64,000 nt of DNA from assembly GCF_009914755.1 (NCBI RefSeq), contig NC_060932.1; one strand, written 5' to 3'. Within the stretch, counting starts at the first letter, position 1, and each line of letters begins with the position of its first letter. The stretch comes from the human T2T-CHM13v2.0 reference genome, Homo sapiens. A model generated the notes under the pieces. That model was given only the letters and a program-made list of their open reading frames with translations. It was not told the origin of the DNA and ran no database searches. Below are positions 42,720-62,419 of this stretch, one piece after another. Made by a program: the position numbers and the translations under genes.

Positions 42720-45657
42720 AAGATAATAAATAAGCATAAGTGAGTGTCTTTGTGGATTCCGTCTTCTGTTCACTGAATCTCCTGATTATTTACTCTCCAG
42801 AAGAAAATGGGACCTTATTCATTTATAGGCTTTAATGTCTGTTAGTCTCTCTCACTACTTACTATTTTATTTCCCTCAGAAATTTTCTTTGCATTCATTC
42901 CTTTTAATTCCAGTATCATTCTATAAAATTCCTACCATTAAAAAATACTATTTTATTGAGGTAACATAAAATGTACAAACTAACTTAGAGATAGTTGACT
43001 TTATATTACTATTTTCTTTTCCAAGAATAAGATAAACTTTCTGTTACATTATGCAGTCATTTAAAATTTTTCTGTGTATATATTTTCTACATTTCTTATA
43101 TATTACCTTTTTTTTTTTACCTGCTGTGGTATATAAGGTAGTTCTTGTATTATATTTCCCATCTGGTTATTGTTTGTTTATATTAAAACTATTGTGTACT
43201 TTAATAAAATAACCACTTTTCGATGCTTTCTCTAGTTCCCAGATTTGGGGGTAATCATCTTGAGCTATCTAAAAATACAGTTGCAGTCTTAATAAATCAT
43301 GATCATTTTGCCTTGTTTCCAATTTTTATATCTCTTCTTTCCCTAACTGTATTGGATGGTGCTTCTAGAACTCTGGGAAATGGCAGTAGTAACCTGCGTC
43401 TTCAGTCTTGCTTTTTTTTTTTTTTTTTTCTCCAAGGTCTTCAGCACTGTGACCCAGTCTTGCTCAGATTCTGACGTCTTTCTCTTTGGTGTGTGGGAAG
43501 GTCTGTGGTTGAGTCAAGGTCAGAGCTTCTTTGCCTTGTTTCTAGGCCATTCGGAGAAACTACACCTTAAGGTAAGGGAGTTCTCCACAGGGACCAGTCA
43601 CCTCCCTGGAGTTATGCCCCGGGGTTTGAGTCCCTGCAGAGATGCATGACTTGAAAAGAGTAGCTGCCTGAGACAGAATGTGGGTGTTCCTGTTCTCCCA
43701 TCCAGGTGGTTTCCCACCCAGTTATGTCATTGCCAAAGACACATTTTTTATGTATTAACTGTAACTCATTTGCCATTTGTACTTTACATGTGTGCTTATC
43801 CAAATAGTCTGTTTTTCTAATTATAATTTAAGTTTTTAAAATTCTGGAACCAAATTATATACCTCTATAAACACCCGGGCCCCGGCATAAAGTCTTGCAT
43901 TCAGTAGATTCTCAATCAATGATTAACTGAAGTTAATTATATGAGGCACTTCGAAATGAGGAAAGTACACTTCATATAAGACACAAGTTCGTAGTAACTA
44001 TGAGGACAGTCGTCTTAGTCATCTCTCAGTGCTGTTTCCAGATCAAAGAGATAATGGATGGAAGAAAACTTGGAATATTTGTAACATTGCTAAGGCTGAC
44101 TTTCCATTCCACATACCATATTGTAATGAAATGATGATTATTGTTTGTTTTCTTAACTAGAACTTGAGCTCTTTGAGGACAGGAACCAAGTCTTATTTAT
44201 CCCTAAATTCCTAAATTCTTGGCACCCACTCCAGGTCTTGACATGTAGTGAGTACATAATCAATGTAGAACTGAACAGAATTACAACCAACAGCATGTCT
44301 TCTGATATGAGGCCAGTTATGCTCTTGTCTGAAGGTCATGAGGTACAGCTTCTATTCTAAATGGCCAAACTGGACCAACCACCAAAGATGGGACCTGGCT
44401 CCAGGGACAGCAAGCATAAGTCCTTGGAGCTCCCTAGCTCTAGTTTCTGATGGTTCATCTGATAATTAATTACACGCTTCTTGGGGCTATCTCTACTTCT
44501 GTTCAATTATTTTATCCTCTTAACTTTTTTTTCTCACACATTTATGTAAGCAACTTGTGGGGATTGGGATATCATTGTATTTTTTAAAAAGATTTCCTTG
44601 CTCCTAGCACAAAATATTGTTTCTTCTGCTGACCCAGGCTCATCTAAAAGTCTTTTTTCTCCTCTTCTATTCCTAGACTGATCTCTTTACTTCCTCTGCT
44701 AGATTCTTTTTTTGCTACCCTCTGGATTCCTGGGCCAACTTTTCGTGATGCCAATAATTGCCAGGCACTGTGTGAGGCACTTAACATAGAGAAGGTATCA
44801 CCACACACATTTGCAGATGAGGATGCATTTGCAAGTTTTCTTTTTCTATTCTCTTCAAGTAAGGCAAGACAGTTTGGCTGCCGGGATTTTAGGAGGTGTG
44901 CAGGGTCTCCATGGAGAACACTGGTGAGAGAATGCACTGGTAACTTTACCTCATCATGTGAAGAATCTCACTGAATTTTAAACAATTATTAGATTACCTA
45001 GGTGACTTACAAGCACTTGGAAATGTGCATATTAAAAGTACCAGCATCTGTAGTTTTCTGAAGTGCAGATCTGCTTTCGGGAGTTTCGAAAGCACATCCT
45101 CTGCCTTTGCTCTGCCTAGATGAAGACCTTATTTGAAGACCAAACTTTGTGCGAGACTTTATCATGAAAGCCTTCGAGGACCTTGGGGAGGTCCCAAGAG
45201 AGCAAAACTACAGTGAGTCTTACTGGGAAGAGTCTGCTTGGGGCTTGAGTCTTAATGGATAGGAACAATGATTGCTAAATTTTTGACTGATGTTCCTTAT
45301 CAGTAAAAACTGAAATTAAGAAACATTTATGCCCATGCCTCTGTATTTGTATGTCTATTTCAAAATCATACACATATATGACTACAGCATTATCTTACAT
45401 AGGACAGAAAATATATACAAAAATGGAGGATTTTAAAAGATGAGAGAAAACTGAAAAAATGATATTTTAATAATACTTTTAATTATTATCTGTACAAGAC
45501 CAAATTGTAGTGTAAGTTGTATAATTGAAAGTTTATTATTATTATTATTTTAAAATATTATTTCAACATAGCAATTCAGTATCTGGGCCTATCGTTAATT
45601 TAGGTTTTAGTAGCTATCTGAGTTTTAGAAATGTACCTCATAGAGATACGTAAAGCC

Positions 45658-45700
45658 AAGTGTTGCCAATGACACAAGAAGTGTGTCGTTGGCAACACTT
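45658..45700. repeat. Inverted repeat, 19-bp arms, 5-nt loop
   Basis: aagtgttgccaatgacaca-agaag-tgtgtcgttggcaacactt, 18/19 complementary. Confidence 0.95.
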
Positions 45701-46307
45701 ACTGAATCATGATGTTTGTTTTTTAACTTTTCATATTGCCCATTTTCACACATGAGAAAATGAAAGCCCAAGGAGATTTGGAACTTTTCAAGGACCCCTA
45801 GCTGGAATCAGATCCTGGGTCTCCTAACACCCAGGACACTTCTTCCACATTGCAAGGAAAAGCGTTTCCCAGCCCTCGACATCTTGCTTTGCGGATACTT
45901 TCATGTCTTTTCACACGTATGTGTGGGCTTCCATCTTTCTTCAAGTAATTGTAGGATTTTTCAAGGCAAGGACCGTGACTTTATTTTTTGTATTCCCCCA
46001 GTACCTAGTGGACAGTGGGTAGAAAGAAGGAGAGAGAAAGGAATCTGCTTCCACGCTTCCAATGGAGAGGTTCCACTAACTTCGGATTCCCAGTGTATAG
46101 ACATTCTCTTCTTGGGAGAAAAGGTAACTCCCCACACCAGAGACTTTCTTTTTTTCTCAGCTCTTCCCATCTGAAACTGTCCAATAGATTTCTGGCACCC
46201 TGCACCCAGCATATGAATATCAAGTATTAAACTAACTTTATTTACTTTTTTGGTCATAAACACTGAGATAGTTTTTTCCTTGCTTGCAATTGCTTATTAA
46301 ATCATAC

Positions 46308-46844
<537 letters not shown>

Positions 46845-47254
46845 TCATACACTTATTAAATCCTAAGCACTGCACAGCTAAAAGTTCAAGTGGCAGATTT
46901 AAAAGTGATCATCTATTCAAGTAAAATCCAGGAACAAGACTAACCAGGATTTAGCATGCTCCTGCAGGAAGCCTATGAAATGATCCCCCCAAAATCTTAG
47001 GGTGCTGTTTCCCCTGTTTCCTGATATTTTTCTTCTTGTTCCTTATGACGTGCTGATTCCAAGAATTCATGCAATCACACTTCACTATCTTCCATTGGCT
47101 TGAGAGTCAGCTTCAGGTAAGGCCAAAGCTTCTTTAGAGACAGAAGAGAATATGGGGTCCAATTCCAGTGAGGCTGGCACAGTTCCAATTCCATTTCAGT
47201 TCAACAAGACTGAACTGGAGCCCTGTGATAGAAAGAAATTGTTTTATTTACCTA

Positions 47255-47745
47255 ACACTCTTGTTGGCTTCTAGCAAATTCACCTCCTACCATTTTTGGG
47301 GTAATTCCTCCTCCCTGACTTCAGCAGTGCAGTTCTAGTCATGACTGCAATCATCACACTTCAATCTGATCACTTCAGAAGTAGGGATGTGACTCAAACC
47401 ATGCCAAGGAGTTTTCTCCCCCACCCCAGGGAGACTTTTGAAGACTGGAGGTCTTTGGCAGTGGTGATGGTTGGGCACCACCATCTCAGTTGACCAAACT
47501 GGAAAATACACTAAAGAGCCTCAGCAGCCATGGTTCCTCTGTGTGGAATGAGTCCATAAGCCTTTGGTGCAAGAAAAGAAGAGCTTATAAGTACAGAGGA
47601 GGAAAAAAAAAGAAAAAGAAAGCTGAAAGTTCTTGTTAGCTACAACCTTGGCCTTTCCTAATCACGTAAACCGCTAAATGATGGCTAAAGTAGTTTGAAT
47701 TTAGTTTCTATTACTTACAATTAAAACTGCCCTGATGATGACAAC
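47255..47745 (+). mobile_element. MLT1 (J/K/L-like) LTR containing repeat copy 2 (47434-47615)
   Basis: gggatgtgactcaaaccatgccaa; ends taaagtagtttgaatttagtttctattacttacaa. Confidence 0.55.
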
Positions 47746-47974
47746 TCTCCCTTAACATGTACTTGGTCCTATGGCCGGTGTTGAGGAAACAAAGATGCAT
47801 ATGATTCTGTATCTGTTCTCAAGGAACTGAGAATCTGTGAGGAGAGAAAGATACCTCAACAAATAAGCACAAAGCAATGTGATATGATAGAGGGCATGAA
47901 GACAGGGGTGGCTGTGAGGGGGAAACAGCTCAGGAAATGCTAACACTGAAGATGGAATTTTGAAGCAGGCCTTC

Positions 47975-48215
47975 AGGGCTCTGGAATCAAAGCAAATAAG
48001 GACTTATTAGAATGAGCATTTGTAACCAGTCCCCTGCACTTTCTAACTAGGCAATTTACTTAACTTCTCAGTGGCTCCGTTCCTTATATGTAAGATGAAG
48101 ATCACAGTAGTACCTGTCTCACAAGTTTTGGTGAACATTAAATGAACATTGTATAATGCTTATACAATGTTTAGTACAGTAACATCTTTGCAAATGTTAA
48201 AGATTACCATCATCC
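47975..48215 (+). mobile_element. MIR
   Basis: ggcaatttacttaacttctc...tgtaagatgaagatcacagtagtacct. Confidence 0.65.
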
Positions 48216-50559
48216 TTACCCTCAGGGCAGTGACCATTACCATATATTTTTAGGATTGTATCTCCTAAATATTGCCAGTCAGGGCAAAACTACTAGGGGA
48301 GAAAACATCTTATGCTTTGCTTGACAAATTCACTGCTTCATAAAGAGGAACACTTACATCACCTCCCGTATACATATGTGTGGTTTCTAGGTCACTGGCT
48401 TTTTGGAGAGGAGAACCTCAGAAGAAGAGATACTTGCTTGGAACTTAATGAAATTAGTGTAATATCTGATAGAATCTGAAGGGAGATAGAAAGCTCATGA
48501 ATTTACAACCTTTTATGTATGGTTTTTGATAACCTTCTGCTTGTTTTTCTTCACAAAATCCATGGTGCTGGTTTGATTTGTTCAGCTTTGCAAATTAATA
48601 AACTATGAATAAAAAAGCACGGTGAGCTACAGTTGCAAATTTGACTCTTTAATGGCCATTCTCAAAATTCTAAGACCAAAGGAATCTAGTCCTGATTTTT
48701 CTTGTTGGATTCTCCTGGAAACGATAGCATGAAGAGATTCTAATGAGCCTTGGTGATTGGGTGATTAAGTTTTGTGTACTGCGAAAATCCAGGTACATGT
48801 CTTATGTTGCCAACTATTGTAATTTAGCAGAAAGAGCATAGAACTGGAAGCCTGGCTCTGATGACAAAATAGATTGAGTTAATATGAATGCTCCTCCCAC
48901 TATAACACATAGAAATGCTAGATGAAATAAAATCACCACCTCCTCTATGGTAAGTACATGGTTGAACTGAGAGGAGAAAGGGAGGAAGGGAGGAGGAGAA
49001 AAGGGAGAAAAGAGAAAAGAAATCCCCAGGTGCTTGAATTGAAGAGGGTATTTAAATCAGGAGCCATAAATGAAAAAAATATAAAACAATTGTGACGAAA
49101 TGTTAACTTTTATCCAACTGGTGACTACATAGGTGTCTGTTATATTATCGTATTTATTTTTTCATCATTGCAATATTTTGTGATTGAAAATGGTGATTTT
49201 ACAAAGAAGAAGAGAGAGGAGAAGAAGGATTTGGATTTGGTGCATGTGAGTCTAATGCCAACTCTGCATGACCTTGGGCAAATGATCTGACTCCGTCTCC
49301 TCATCGGTAAACTAAGGACAATGACATCTACTTCAAACGTGATTTCAATATTAAAAGGGTCAACATATAATGGCCAGCACATAGGCTCAGCATCCTCACT
49401 TTCCTGTTATCCCTTCTAACCTGAGGAAGAGCCTCATGAGTCACGCTCTTGCTGAGTCTTTCTGGAACAAGGATGATGTCAGGCCACTGTGGACACATTG
49501 ATTCCTGATCTGTAACACTTATGACCATCAGAGGCCATTGCAACCTCTTTTCTCCTTTTATGATACAAACATTTTCTAAAAGTCCAGGCTAGTATTATAG
49601 AATGCTTTTCAATTTGGTTTGTCCAATTGTTTCCTCAAGACTAGATTCAAGTGAAATGTTTCTGGTGAGAATCCAACAAAGGTGACATTGTATTCCTCTC
49701 AGTGCATCCCATCAGGGGCTCCATAAGTTCTGCTCACCTCTTTATGGATGATGTTACATTAGCTTTTTCGGTTAAGGAAATGGCCACTAGATCTCTCTGT
49801 TGTAAAGGTAGCTTTTCCCTTTCAGAATTAGTGAAGAATAGATGTGGTTAGACTTTTAGACTATGTTAATGTATTGTCCTCAGTAACATTTCACACGACG
49901 GTTTTAACATCAATTAATGATTTATACACGAATTATTTCAAAGGGGCAGTAATGTTCTTTGGCTTCCTTTTGTCTGATTGCCTGGAGCCCACATGGCTTT
50001 CCAGTTTCCTGTTTGATTCAGTCCATCCCTTGAGTAACAGCACTCGCTAATCCTTCACTGTAAATCTGAACTTCATTTACTGTCTTGTCTTCCTGATTCA
50101 CCTGCTCCTCTTGCCTGTAATCCATGGTCTCATCTGGTTAGTGGTGGGTCTCTTGCTTCAGAGGTTAGCATTGTTAATTGTATACCTGATACGTTGACTG
50201 CAGTCCTTCTCTACTTAGCTGTACCTCTACTTTGCCAGGGACAGCCCTGCACAATGGGAAATGGTATTTGGGGGACTCTGTCTAGCTTCCAAGCTTTCAA
50301 AATAAATTTTTTATCCTAGCTTCAGAGTAAATAATAAACACACACACATTCGCTCACATTTACCCATCCTACTTGTGATGCATTCTGTTTCTATTCAATT
50401 TCATTTTTTAAAGTGCTAGTCAGGCCACTTGATTTCATAAGCTGAAATGGCTGGCAATCTTGTACTTTGAAAAATACTGTGTGAGAGCTTAATCCCCGCT
50501 TCCTATGAATACAGAGCGCTCGTTGGGTGACCATTTTGCCCCTGTCTTATTTGAATTTG

Positions 50560-50990
50560 AATTATGGAACTTGAGGGCTGAAAGGGCCCTTTAAAAAGTC
50601 ATCCAGCCTCATCACTCATTTGGTGCTTGAACTCCTTCAACAATATCCCTCCTGCTTGCAATATTACCAGCTTCTCTTTGAACATCCAGCGATGTGGAAT
50701 TTACCATTGTCCCAGATACTCCGTTCCTTTTTTGGGTAAAGTTCCAGATCTTGGTTAAGGTCTTTTCTCTGTTTAGACTCCTAGAGGCTATGTAGGCCAA
50801 GCCGACTCCCTGTTCCACCTAAGAACTTACTGGAGACAGTCATCGAGCCTTCTGAGTCCTCCTTTCTCCAAGTCCTTCAGCGGAACCTCAATGGATACCA
50901 CATGGTTTCTACATTTGCAGCCACCCTCCTCAGAGCACTTTGTCAATATCCTTCCTGAACTGTGACTCCTGCTTTGACACATTATTCTAA
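50560..50990 (-). mobile_element. L3/CR1-like fragment
   Basis: gctgaaagggccctttaaaaagtcatccagcc and cttctctttgaacatccagcgatgtggaattta. Confidence 0.5.
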
Positions 50991-51306
50991 CTCTTTTCTT
51001 CTCTTGTTATGCTAACTTCGTCTTATATTGATATCTAACTTTTCGTGGTTCTATGCCTTGTCTGCCTTACTAAGTTCTGTCCTTTATTTATGGTGACGGC
51101 ATTTTGTACAGTGTAACTCCAAAGTAAGAAAGTCTTTATTCCCCGGTCAAATAAAGGTATATCCAAATGAATGATGTGTTTCAGGAGTTATGCACTTATT
51201 CCAGTGATGCCTTAATCACCCACCTTACCCTTTAGAAATTGTATTCACCCTGGGAGAGAGGGAAGGAGAAACATTTGGGACAAGATGCAGAGGAGACTTC
51301 CAAGTT

Positions 51307-51609
51307 CAGGGTTGACTTCATGTATGCAGCCTGTAGCATCACATGGGGCCCCTTTCGCAGAAGGGCCCTGCACTAGGTTTAAGGCTTGGCTGTCATGGTT
51401 TGAAATTCTTGATAATGTTATCTTCGAGCCTGTGTTTTGTAAGTAAAGTCTGATGGCACAATGGAACATGTGCATGATCAGAGGAGAAACATGAAAGAAA
51501 GAAAAAGCTTTATGTTTTAGTACATTTAATAGCACATTATTCCTGCTTTTTGAACAACGGAGCCTTGTTTTTATTTTGCACTAGGCCTTTTAATTACGTA
51601 GCCAGTTTG
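51307..51609. mobile_element. MER53-related hAT MITE
   Basis: ggggcccc...agaagggccctgcact...tgaaattctt...tttgaacaa...ttttgcactaggcc...gtagcc. Confidence 0.65.
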
Positions 51610-52242
51610 AGGTAAGGTTCTGTTACTTAACCTGAGTGGTAGGTACACAGGTGTTTATTTTATCATTATTATTCCTTAGCCAATTCATATTTGTTTTATA
51701 TTCTTCTGAATGTATGGTACTTTTTATAAGAAAAAGAAAAAAGAAAGAGAAAAGAAAAAAAGTCAAAAAATGCTCTCAGAGCCTAAGACTCTTTTCTATA
51801 ACCTCATGGAGGGTTAGTCTTTCTTTTGGGAAATGAATTTTAGTTTTGGAAGCAGCCAAAAGTATTTTGATGATGATTCTGGACAACGACTTTGATGGAA
51901 AATGTAACTTTAATTCACACATAAAATTATTACTCAGACTGATTTTATCATGAGGTTCATAAACTGGTTCTAAAAAAAACTCTAAACAAATGTTATAAAC
52001 GTACTTTGTAACACAGAGCATCACTAGATTGCTTAAAAGCTTCTAAGTTAACTGTTTTGAATACAACAGTGATCTTTGAAAGCATCACTCCTCATATGAT
52101 TGCTTAAGAATTAAGACAAACCACTTTAAATACATTTCTCCACACAGTTCTTGAGCACTATGAAAATGCAATAAATATTTATTTCACAATTTGTTTTTCT
52201 AAACAAATAGGGAAAATTCACTATGCAAGGCAGAATAAATGA

Positions 52243-53013
<771 letters not shown>

Positions 53014-53043
53014 AATGATCTTTCACTTATTAAAAGAAAGGTG

Positions 53044-53375
<332 letters not shown>

Positions 53376-53711
53376 TTATAATGTATGTGGAAAACATGAA
53401 CATATGATGTGCAACTTGTCCTAAATTAACAGCACACTCCACCTGTAGATTTGTGATAAGGTTAGAACATAAAGTTCTTGACTCTTAACTAATCAGCACC
53501 TTTTCTTCTGCTCTGCTTGATATTCTGTAGGACTGTAGGTTTATTTTTCTTATTCCTGACAATTTAATCATTCTTGCTTATTAATTTAGATCAAAATGGT
53601 CAAACCACTTCCCCTCCTGTCTGAATACAAATATAGCCTCTACCACCTTTAACCTATACATCATGCTCTGGGTAATGACTTCTGGCAATAATGACACAGG
53701 GGACATAATTA

Positions 53712-54044
53712 CAGTCAACCCTTCATATCTATAGGTTCTGCATCTGTGGATTCAACCAACCACAGATCAAAAGTATTCAGGAGAAAAATATGGATGTATG
53801 TATTAAATGTGGGCAGACTTTTAAATTTGTCATTATTTTCTAAACAATACAGTATTAACTACACAGCATTACATTGTATTGGGTATTATAAGTAATCTAG
53901 AGGTGATTTAAAGTATACAGGAGGATGTGCATCGGTTACATGCAAATGTTACACCATTTTATATGAGGGACTTGAGCATCTGTGCATTTTGATATCTGAA
54001 GGAGATCCTGGAACCAATCTCCTGTGGCTGCCAAGGGATGACTG
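53712..54044 (-). mobile_element. MER2 (TcMar-Tigger)
   Basis: cagtc...gactg termini flanked by TA; ataagtaatctagaggtgatttaaagtatac. Confidence 0.85.
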
Positions 54045-54256
54045 TATATGCTAACGACATTCATGTGCTACATTTATTCATGCTGCTGGTGTCTTATTTT
54101 CTCTGGAGGAGGAGTAGGACAGAAATATTCAGGTGATTAAATAAAGCACCGTAGCCTATGAGCTTTGCCATCTGTCTTGAGTGCCTTCCTGCTTGGCCAA
54201 GTTAGCAGTGGGCCTGAACCCGCCACCTCCCTGCTCACCAGGAAGAGAAGGTGTTA

Positions 54257-55066
<810 letters not shown>

Positions 55067-55774
55067 TCAGGAGATGTCAGTGGGTGTCCTCCAGTGAAAA
55101 TAGATTCCTGTTTTTTATAAAAATCATATGACCTGTTTTAATATTAGTTATCATTTCTAGTTCTCCTGCATCTTAATATTAAAGAAAAAAACCCAGAAAA
55201 CTAAGTAGAGAACTAAATTTTATTTGAAAAAAGGAGGAAAAAAGTATAAGAAAAACCTTAACAAAAATTGATATAGAAGATAAGGGTTACATAGCCTTTT
55301 TACCTGTCTTTATTTTGTTGTTAAGGTGTATCCTTAATTTTCCACTTGATTTTCCATGTGTTTACACATCCTAATGGAATGTATAAGTGGAAACCATTAC
55401 AAATGATACGAGCACTGTCATCTTCAGTGATTTTGGATAGATGGAATCTGCTGGTTAAAGATAAATATTGTTGAAGAAACCCAGCACTAAATGTATATAT
55501 GTATATTGGATGGAATCTATCCTAGCTGTTATCACCTCAGCTGATTTGAAGTCTAAACATGTAGCTTCCATTCCAGCTGACATTATCTGAACTGAACAGA
55601 GAGGATGATGGATGGAATCCACTTAAAAAAATGACACAGATGAAGTAATACCTAGAAACTTGGAGTTTTAAATATTGTTTTCTCCTCAAAAATGAAATAA
55701 TTTGCTTTCTCCTTTCTAGCAAGACTAATATTCAATTTCTAGTCTCATTAAATTGTCATTTTCTTTAATGTTCA

Positions 55775-56158
<384 letters not shown>

Positions 56159-57112
56159 TATTCACATTTAAAATTTTGAATATATATTTTCTAAAGTCAC
56201 ATAAAATTCCCACTACAGAAATGTCTGGAGATTCCTTTTTATTTTTTTATGGATATAGATAGAGAAGAGTCTGGGTTAGCAGCTGGAGGAAGTATGAGAG
56301 ATAGGTAGCATTTAATTAAATGTGTTCTGGATGTTTGGGGAAAACATTCTGGGTTTATTCAACATTTAGGCAGCTGCCATCTTTGAAGACTATAGCTAAT
56401 ATTTGTCTCTAGAGAAGAAAGCTCCTAATCCCAGAACTTATTAAATACTAAATACCTTGTTGAGGAAAGATTGAGGCTGAAAATGTCAACTCTAAAATGT
56501 CAGAAAATTCTGAAGTTTCCATAGCAATGTTAATTTGCTCCTCTCATAAGCCATTTTAATGTTAGTAAAAATGCTGTTAGCAGACTGGGAAATGCAGCTC
56601 CCTCTGAGTGATGTTGAATAAGCTCATCTTAATTAAGCTACAAGACTCCTCCATTTCCTGGCTGGACACAGAAAAGACTTCATTGGATCTATAGAGCAAG
56701 AAAAAGAAAGCCCTTTGTGATCCTGATGGATGGCATCTGTGGCTGAGAAGCATCAAGAGGAGAGAAATGGTCGTGGAAAAGCTCTGAGCTCACAAGGCTG
56801 GCCATGGCTAGCCTCCACTGTCTTAGCATAAAGTAAGTTAACAGTGACTGAATTTTAGGGCAGCTGCGCCCACTGTGGAAGTGTCTTCAGGACTCTTGGA
56901 ATCCAGGGAGGGCTACACAGTGATAGGGCTTAGCATCCTAAGGTCCATAGTCTGCTTTAATGGGCTAAATATTAAAGTTTTGCTAAGCTATCCTTAATTC
57001 CCAAATTGCTCCTGAAGCTGTAGTCAATGCCATTGGTTTCAGAGCTACTCTTTTGTCCTGCTTCCAGTAACCATTAGTATATGTGTAACTGCTGAAAATG
57101 GCACTCAGGTTA

Positions 57113-57633
<521 letters not shown>

Positions 57634-57674
57634 TAAATCTTTGGCTTGTATCTCATGAGAAATGGAGATAGAAA

Positions 57675-58217
57675 TGTCAGAGGTGTTTGAACCAGAGCAA
57701 CTCCATCTTGAATAGGGGCTGGGTAAAATGAGGCTAAAACCTACTGGGCTGCATTCCCAAATGGCTAAAGCATTCTAAGTCACAGGATGAAATAGGAGGT
57801 CAGCAAAAGACACAGGTTATAAAGACTTTGCTGATAAAACAGGTTGCAGTAAAGAAGCTGGCTAAAACCCACCAAAACCAAGATGGCGATGAGAGTGACC
57901 TCTGGTGGTCCTCACTGCTACACTCCCACCAGCACCATGACAGTTTACAAATGCCATGGCAACATCAGGAAGTTACTCTACACGGTCTAAAAAGGGGATT
58001 CACCTCTTGTTTAGTATATAATTTTTAAAAACCCATAAAAATGGGCAATCAGCAGCCCTCAGGGCTGCTCTGTCTATGGAGTAGCCATTCTTTTATTCCT
58101 TTACTTTCTTAATAAGCTTGCTTTCACGTCACTCTATGGACTCACCCTGAATTCCTTCTTGCACAAGATCCAAGAACCCTCTCTTGGGTTCTGGATCCGG
58201 ACCCCTTTCCTGTAACA
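57675..58217 (+). mobile_element. MER41A solo LTR (ERV1)
   Basis: tgtcagaggtgtttgaaccagagcaactccatcttg...ggacccctttcctgtaaca; 543 bp; no tandem GAS block. Confidence 0.9.
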
Positions 58218-58772
58218 GTAATAGCTATTTCACATTTTTTAAGTGTCACATTAAATGGACTAATAAATTCTAAATACTTAATCTGGTATTTGGCCTAAAA
58301 CACTATGATTTACTTATTTATACTCCCCTCTCTGCTCCATATCCTGTTTTCCCTAGCTAGATATATATGTTGTTTCAAAAGAATTTAAAAAGGGATGCCT
58401 TTTACATATTGTTTGTTTTCTTCTCTTCAAATTCTTCAAATTCTTTCTCTAAATTGCCCAGTAACTCCAAATTCTTTGCTTATCTACCTATCTAGAATTT
58501 TTTTGTTAAGGGAAAACAATAAATGTTGTTAAAGTGATGTCTAATTGTTTCCTTGCAGCCAAAACCAACTCAACTGCTACATCGTTTTTCTTTGAATCTT
58601 TAAATAATTTCAATTTGGATCAAGTCCAGATAAGTGGAGGTTAAAGGCATATTCGTTAAGGAATTGATCAGAGGTCCTCCACAGACTCCAACCCAGTGAT
58701 TCTTGCCATGGCTGCACCTTGTGACCCCCTGAAAACCTCTACTGATGCCTTTAAGAATCAAGAGCCTTTAGG

Positions 58773-60050
<1,278 letters not shown>

Positions 60051-60774
60051 ACTTAAAAAATACTGATTCCTGAGTTTCACCTCTAAATATTCTCAGTAAA
60101 TGGTCTGGAGCCATGAGTCCTGGGCATTAGAGTTTGCAAAGCCTCCTTAGGGATTCTTACATGAAACCAAAGTTGAGAACCCCTAACTCAAAAGATGCAT
60201 TTAGTACATTTTCACAGACTACTTGGAGAGGGCTGTGCAGAAGTAGGCATCAGGGCCAATGTGTCCAGTCTTCACATCAGCTTTTGCGTTGTGGCTTTTC
60301 TGACCCAGCTCTATCCCTTCAATCTTTTAACTGAGAATCATTCTCCTCACAGGGTAAACTGGACCATGTGTGTCGGTCAATGTTTATGCCTCCCATCATT
60401 TGCAGGTAGGGGAGATGACACACCTGGGTCCTCATGTCAGCCCTTGCCACAGTGAGTGGACAGGGCTGGTCTTTCTACCCATAGCACAAGTAGGTAGATG
60501 CCTCCATGATGAGATGAAAGGAATAGCCAGGAGAGCCTCCCCAACACACAAATACACACACATACACACACACATTTTCTCCTAGTGGCTACCCAAGAGT
60601 CTTCACCTCCTTTTTTTGCCTCACTTAAAGTCCTGACAACAAGTGAGAACCACTTTTAAAAGCCAACTGGCCCTTGCAGGGTTATACATGCACTATCAGC
60701 TATTCAAACCATATTGTGAGTTAGTTCAAAGAGATGCTTTTCAATAATACAGCTGGGATATCAGAACATGAAAG

Positions 60775-60958
60775 CAGGGTTTTCCAGCCCAGTACTGTTG
60801 ATGTTTTGGGCTTGATAATTCTTTGATGTGGGAAGCTGTCCTGTGCATTGTAAGACATTTAGCAACATCTCTGGCCTCCAACCACTAGAGATGTCAGGAG
60901 CACTCCACCCTCAGTTGTAATCACTAAAAATGTCTCCAGACATAGTCAAATGTTTCCT
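60775..60958. mobile_element. MER20 hAT-Charlie element
   Basis: gataattctttgatgtgggaagctgtcctgtgcattgtaag...aaaaatgtctccagacat. Confidence 0.85.
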
Positions 60959-61442
60959 TATTGATGGAAGAAAAGAGGAAGAAGAAATGTTGCAACACAG
61001 AAAATTTAGAGGCAGTTGGGCCTGGAAAAGATTGATATCCTCTTACTTCTCATGATCCACTTGTGTCTCAGCCCCAGAAAACCCTCCTTCCTGTTATGGG
61101 AATGAGAGACAGGTGCACCATGGGAAATAAGGCACTAAAGACAAAGTCCAAGTGTTACAAAAGAGTGTCTTGCGCCTACATGGAAGCTGTGTAATTTGGC
61201 ACTGATTGCTCTCCTCCCAGCTTCCTTACTGCCTCCAAAATGTGAAATGTTGTGAGGTTAGGACTTATTATGGAAACCATTCTGCCCCACCCCGTCCCCA
61301 CAAAAATATTACCAGCTTTTCATGATGACAAAGCTACCTCTTGTGAATGCCATAAATGTGGGTAATTCATTGACACACATCTTGTCATTTATCACATTTA
61401 AAATCATATTACATATTTCCAGAGTTTTAAAATTTAAATTTG

Positions 61443-61575
61443 CAGCTGGGCACAGTGGCTCATGCCTGTAGTCCCAGCTCTTTAGGAGGCTGAAGCAGGA
61501 GGATCGTTTGAGCCCAGGAGTTCAAAACTGGGCAACTTGGTGAGCCTGCATATCTACAAAAGATTTTAAAAATTA
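61443..61575 (+). mobile_element. FLAM / Alu left monomer
   Basis: ggaggatcgtttgagcccaggagttc; TSD aaaatttaaatttg. Confidence 0.85.
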
Positions 61576-61632
61576 CAGAAAATTTAAATTTGTCCCAATT
61601 CTAAAGGACTCTGTGTTGCTAACGTGGAGGTG

Positions 61633-61925
<293 letters not shown>

Positions 61926-61949
61926 ACGTGGAGATATTTTTAAGCACTA

Positions 61950-62419
<470 letters not shown>

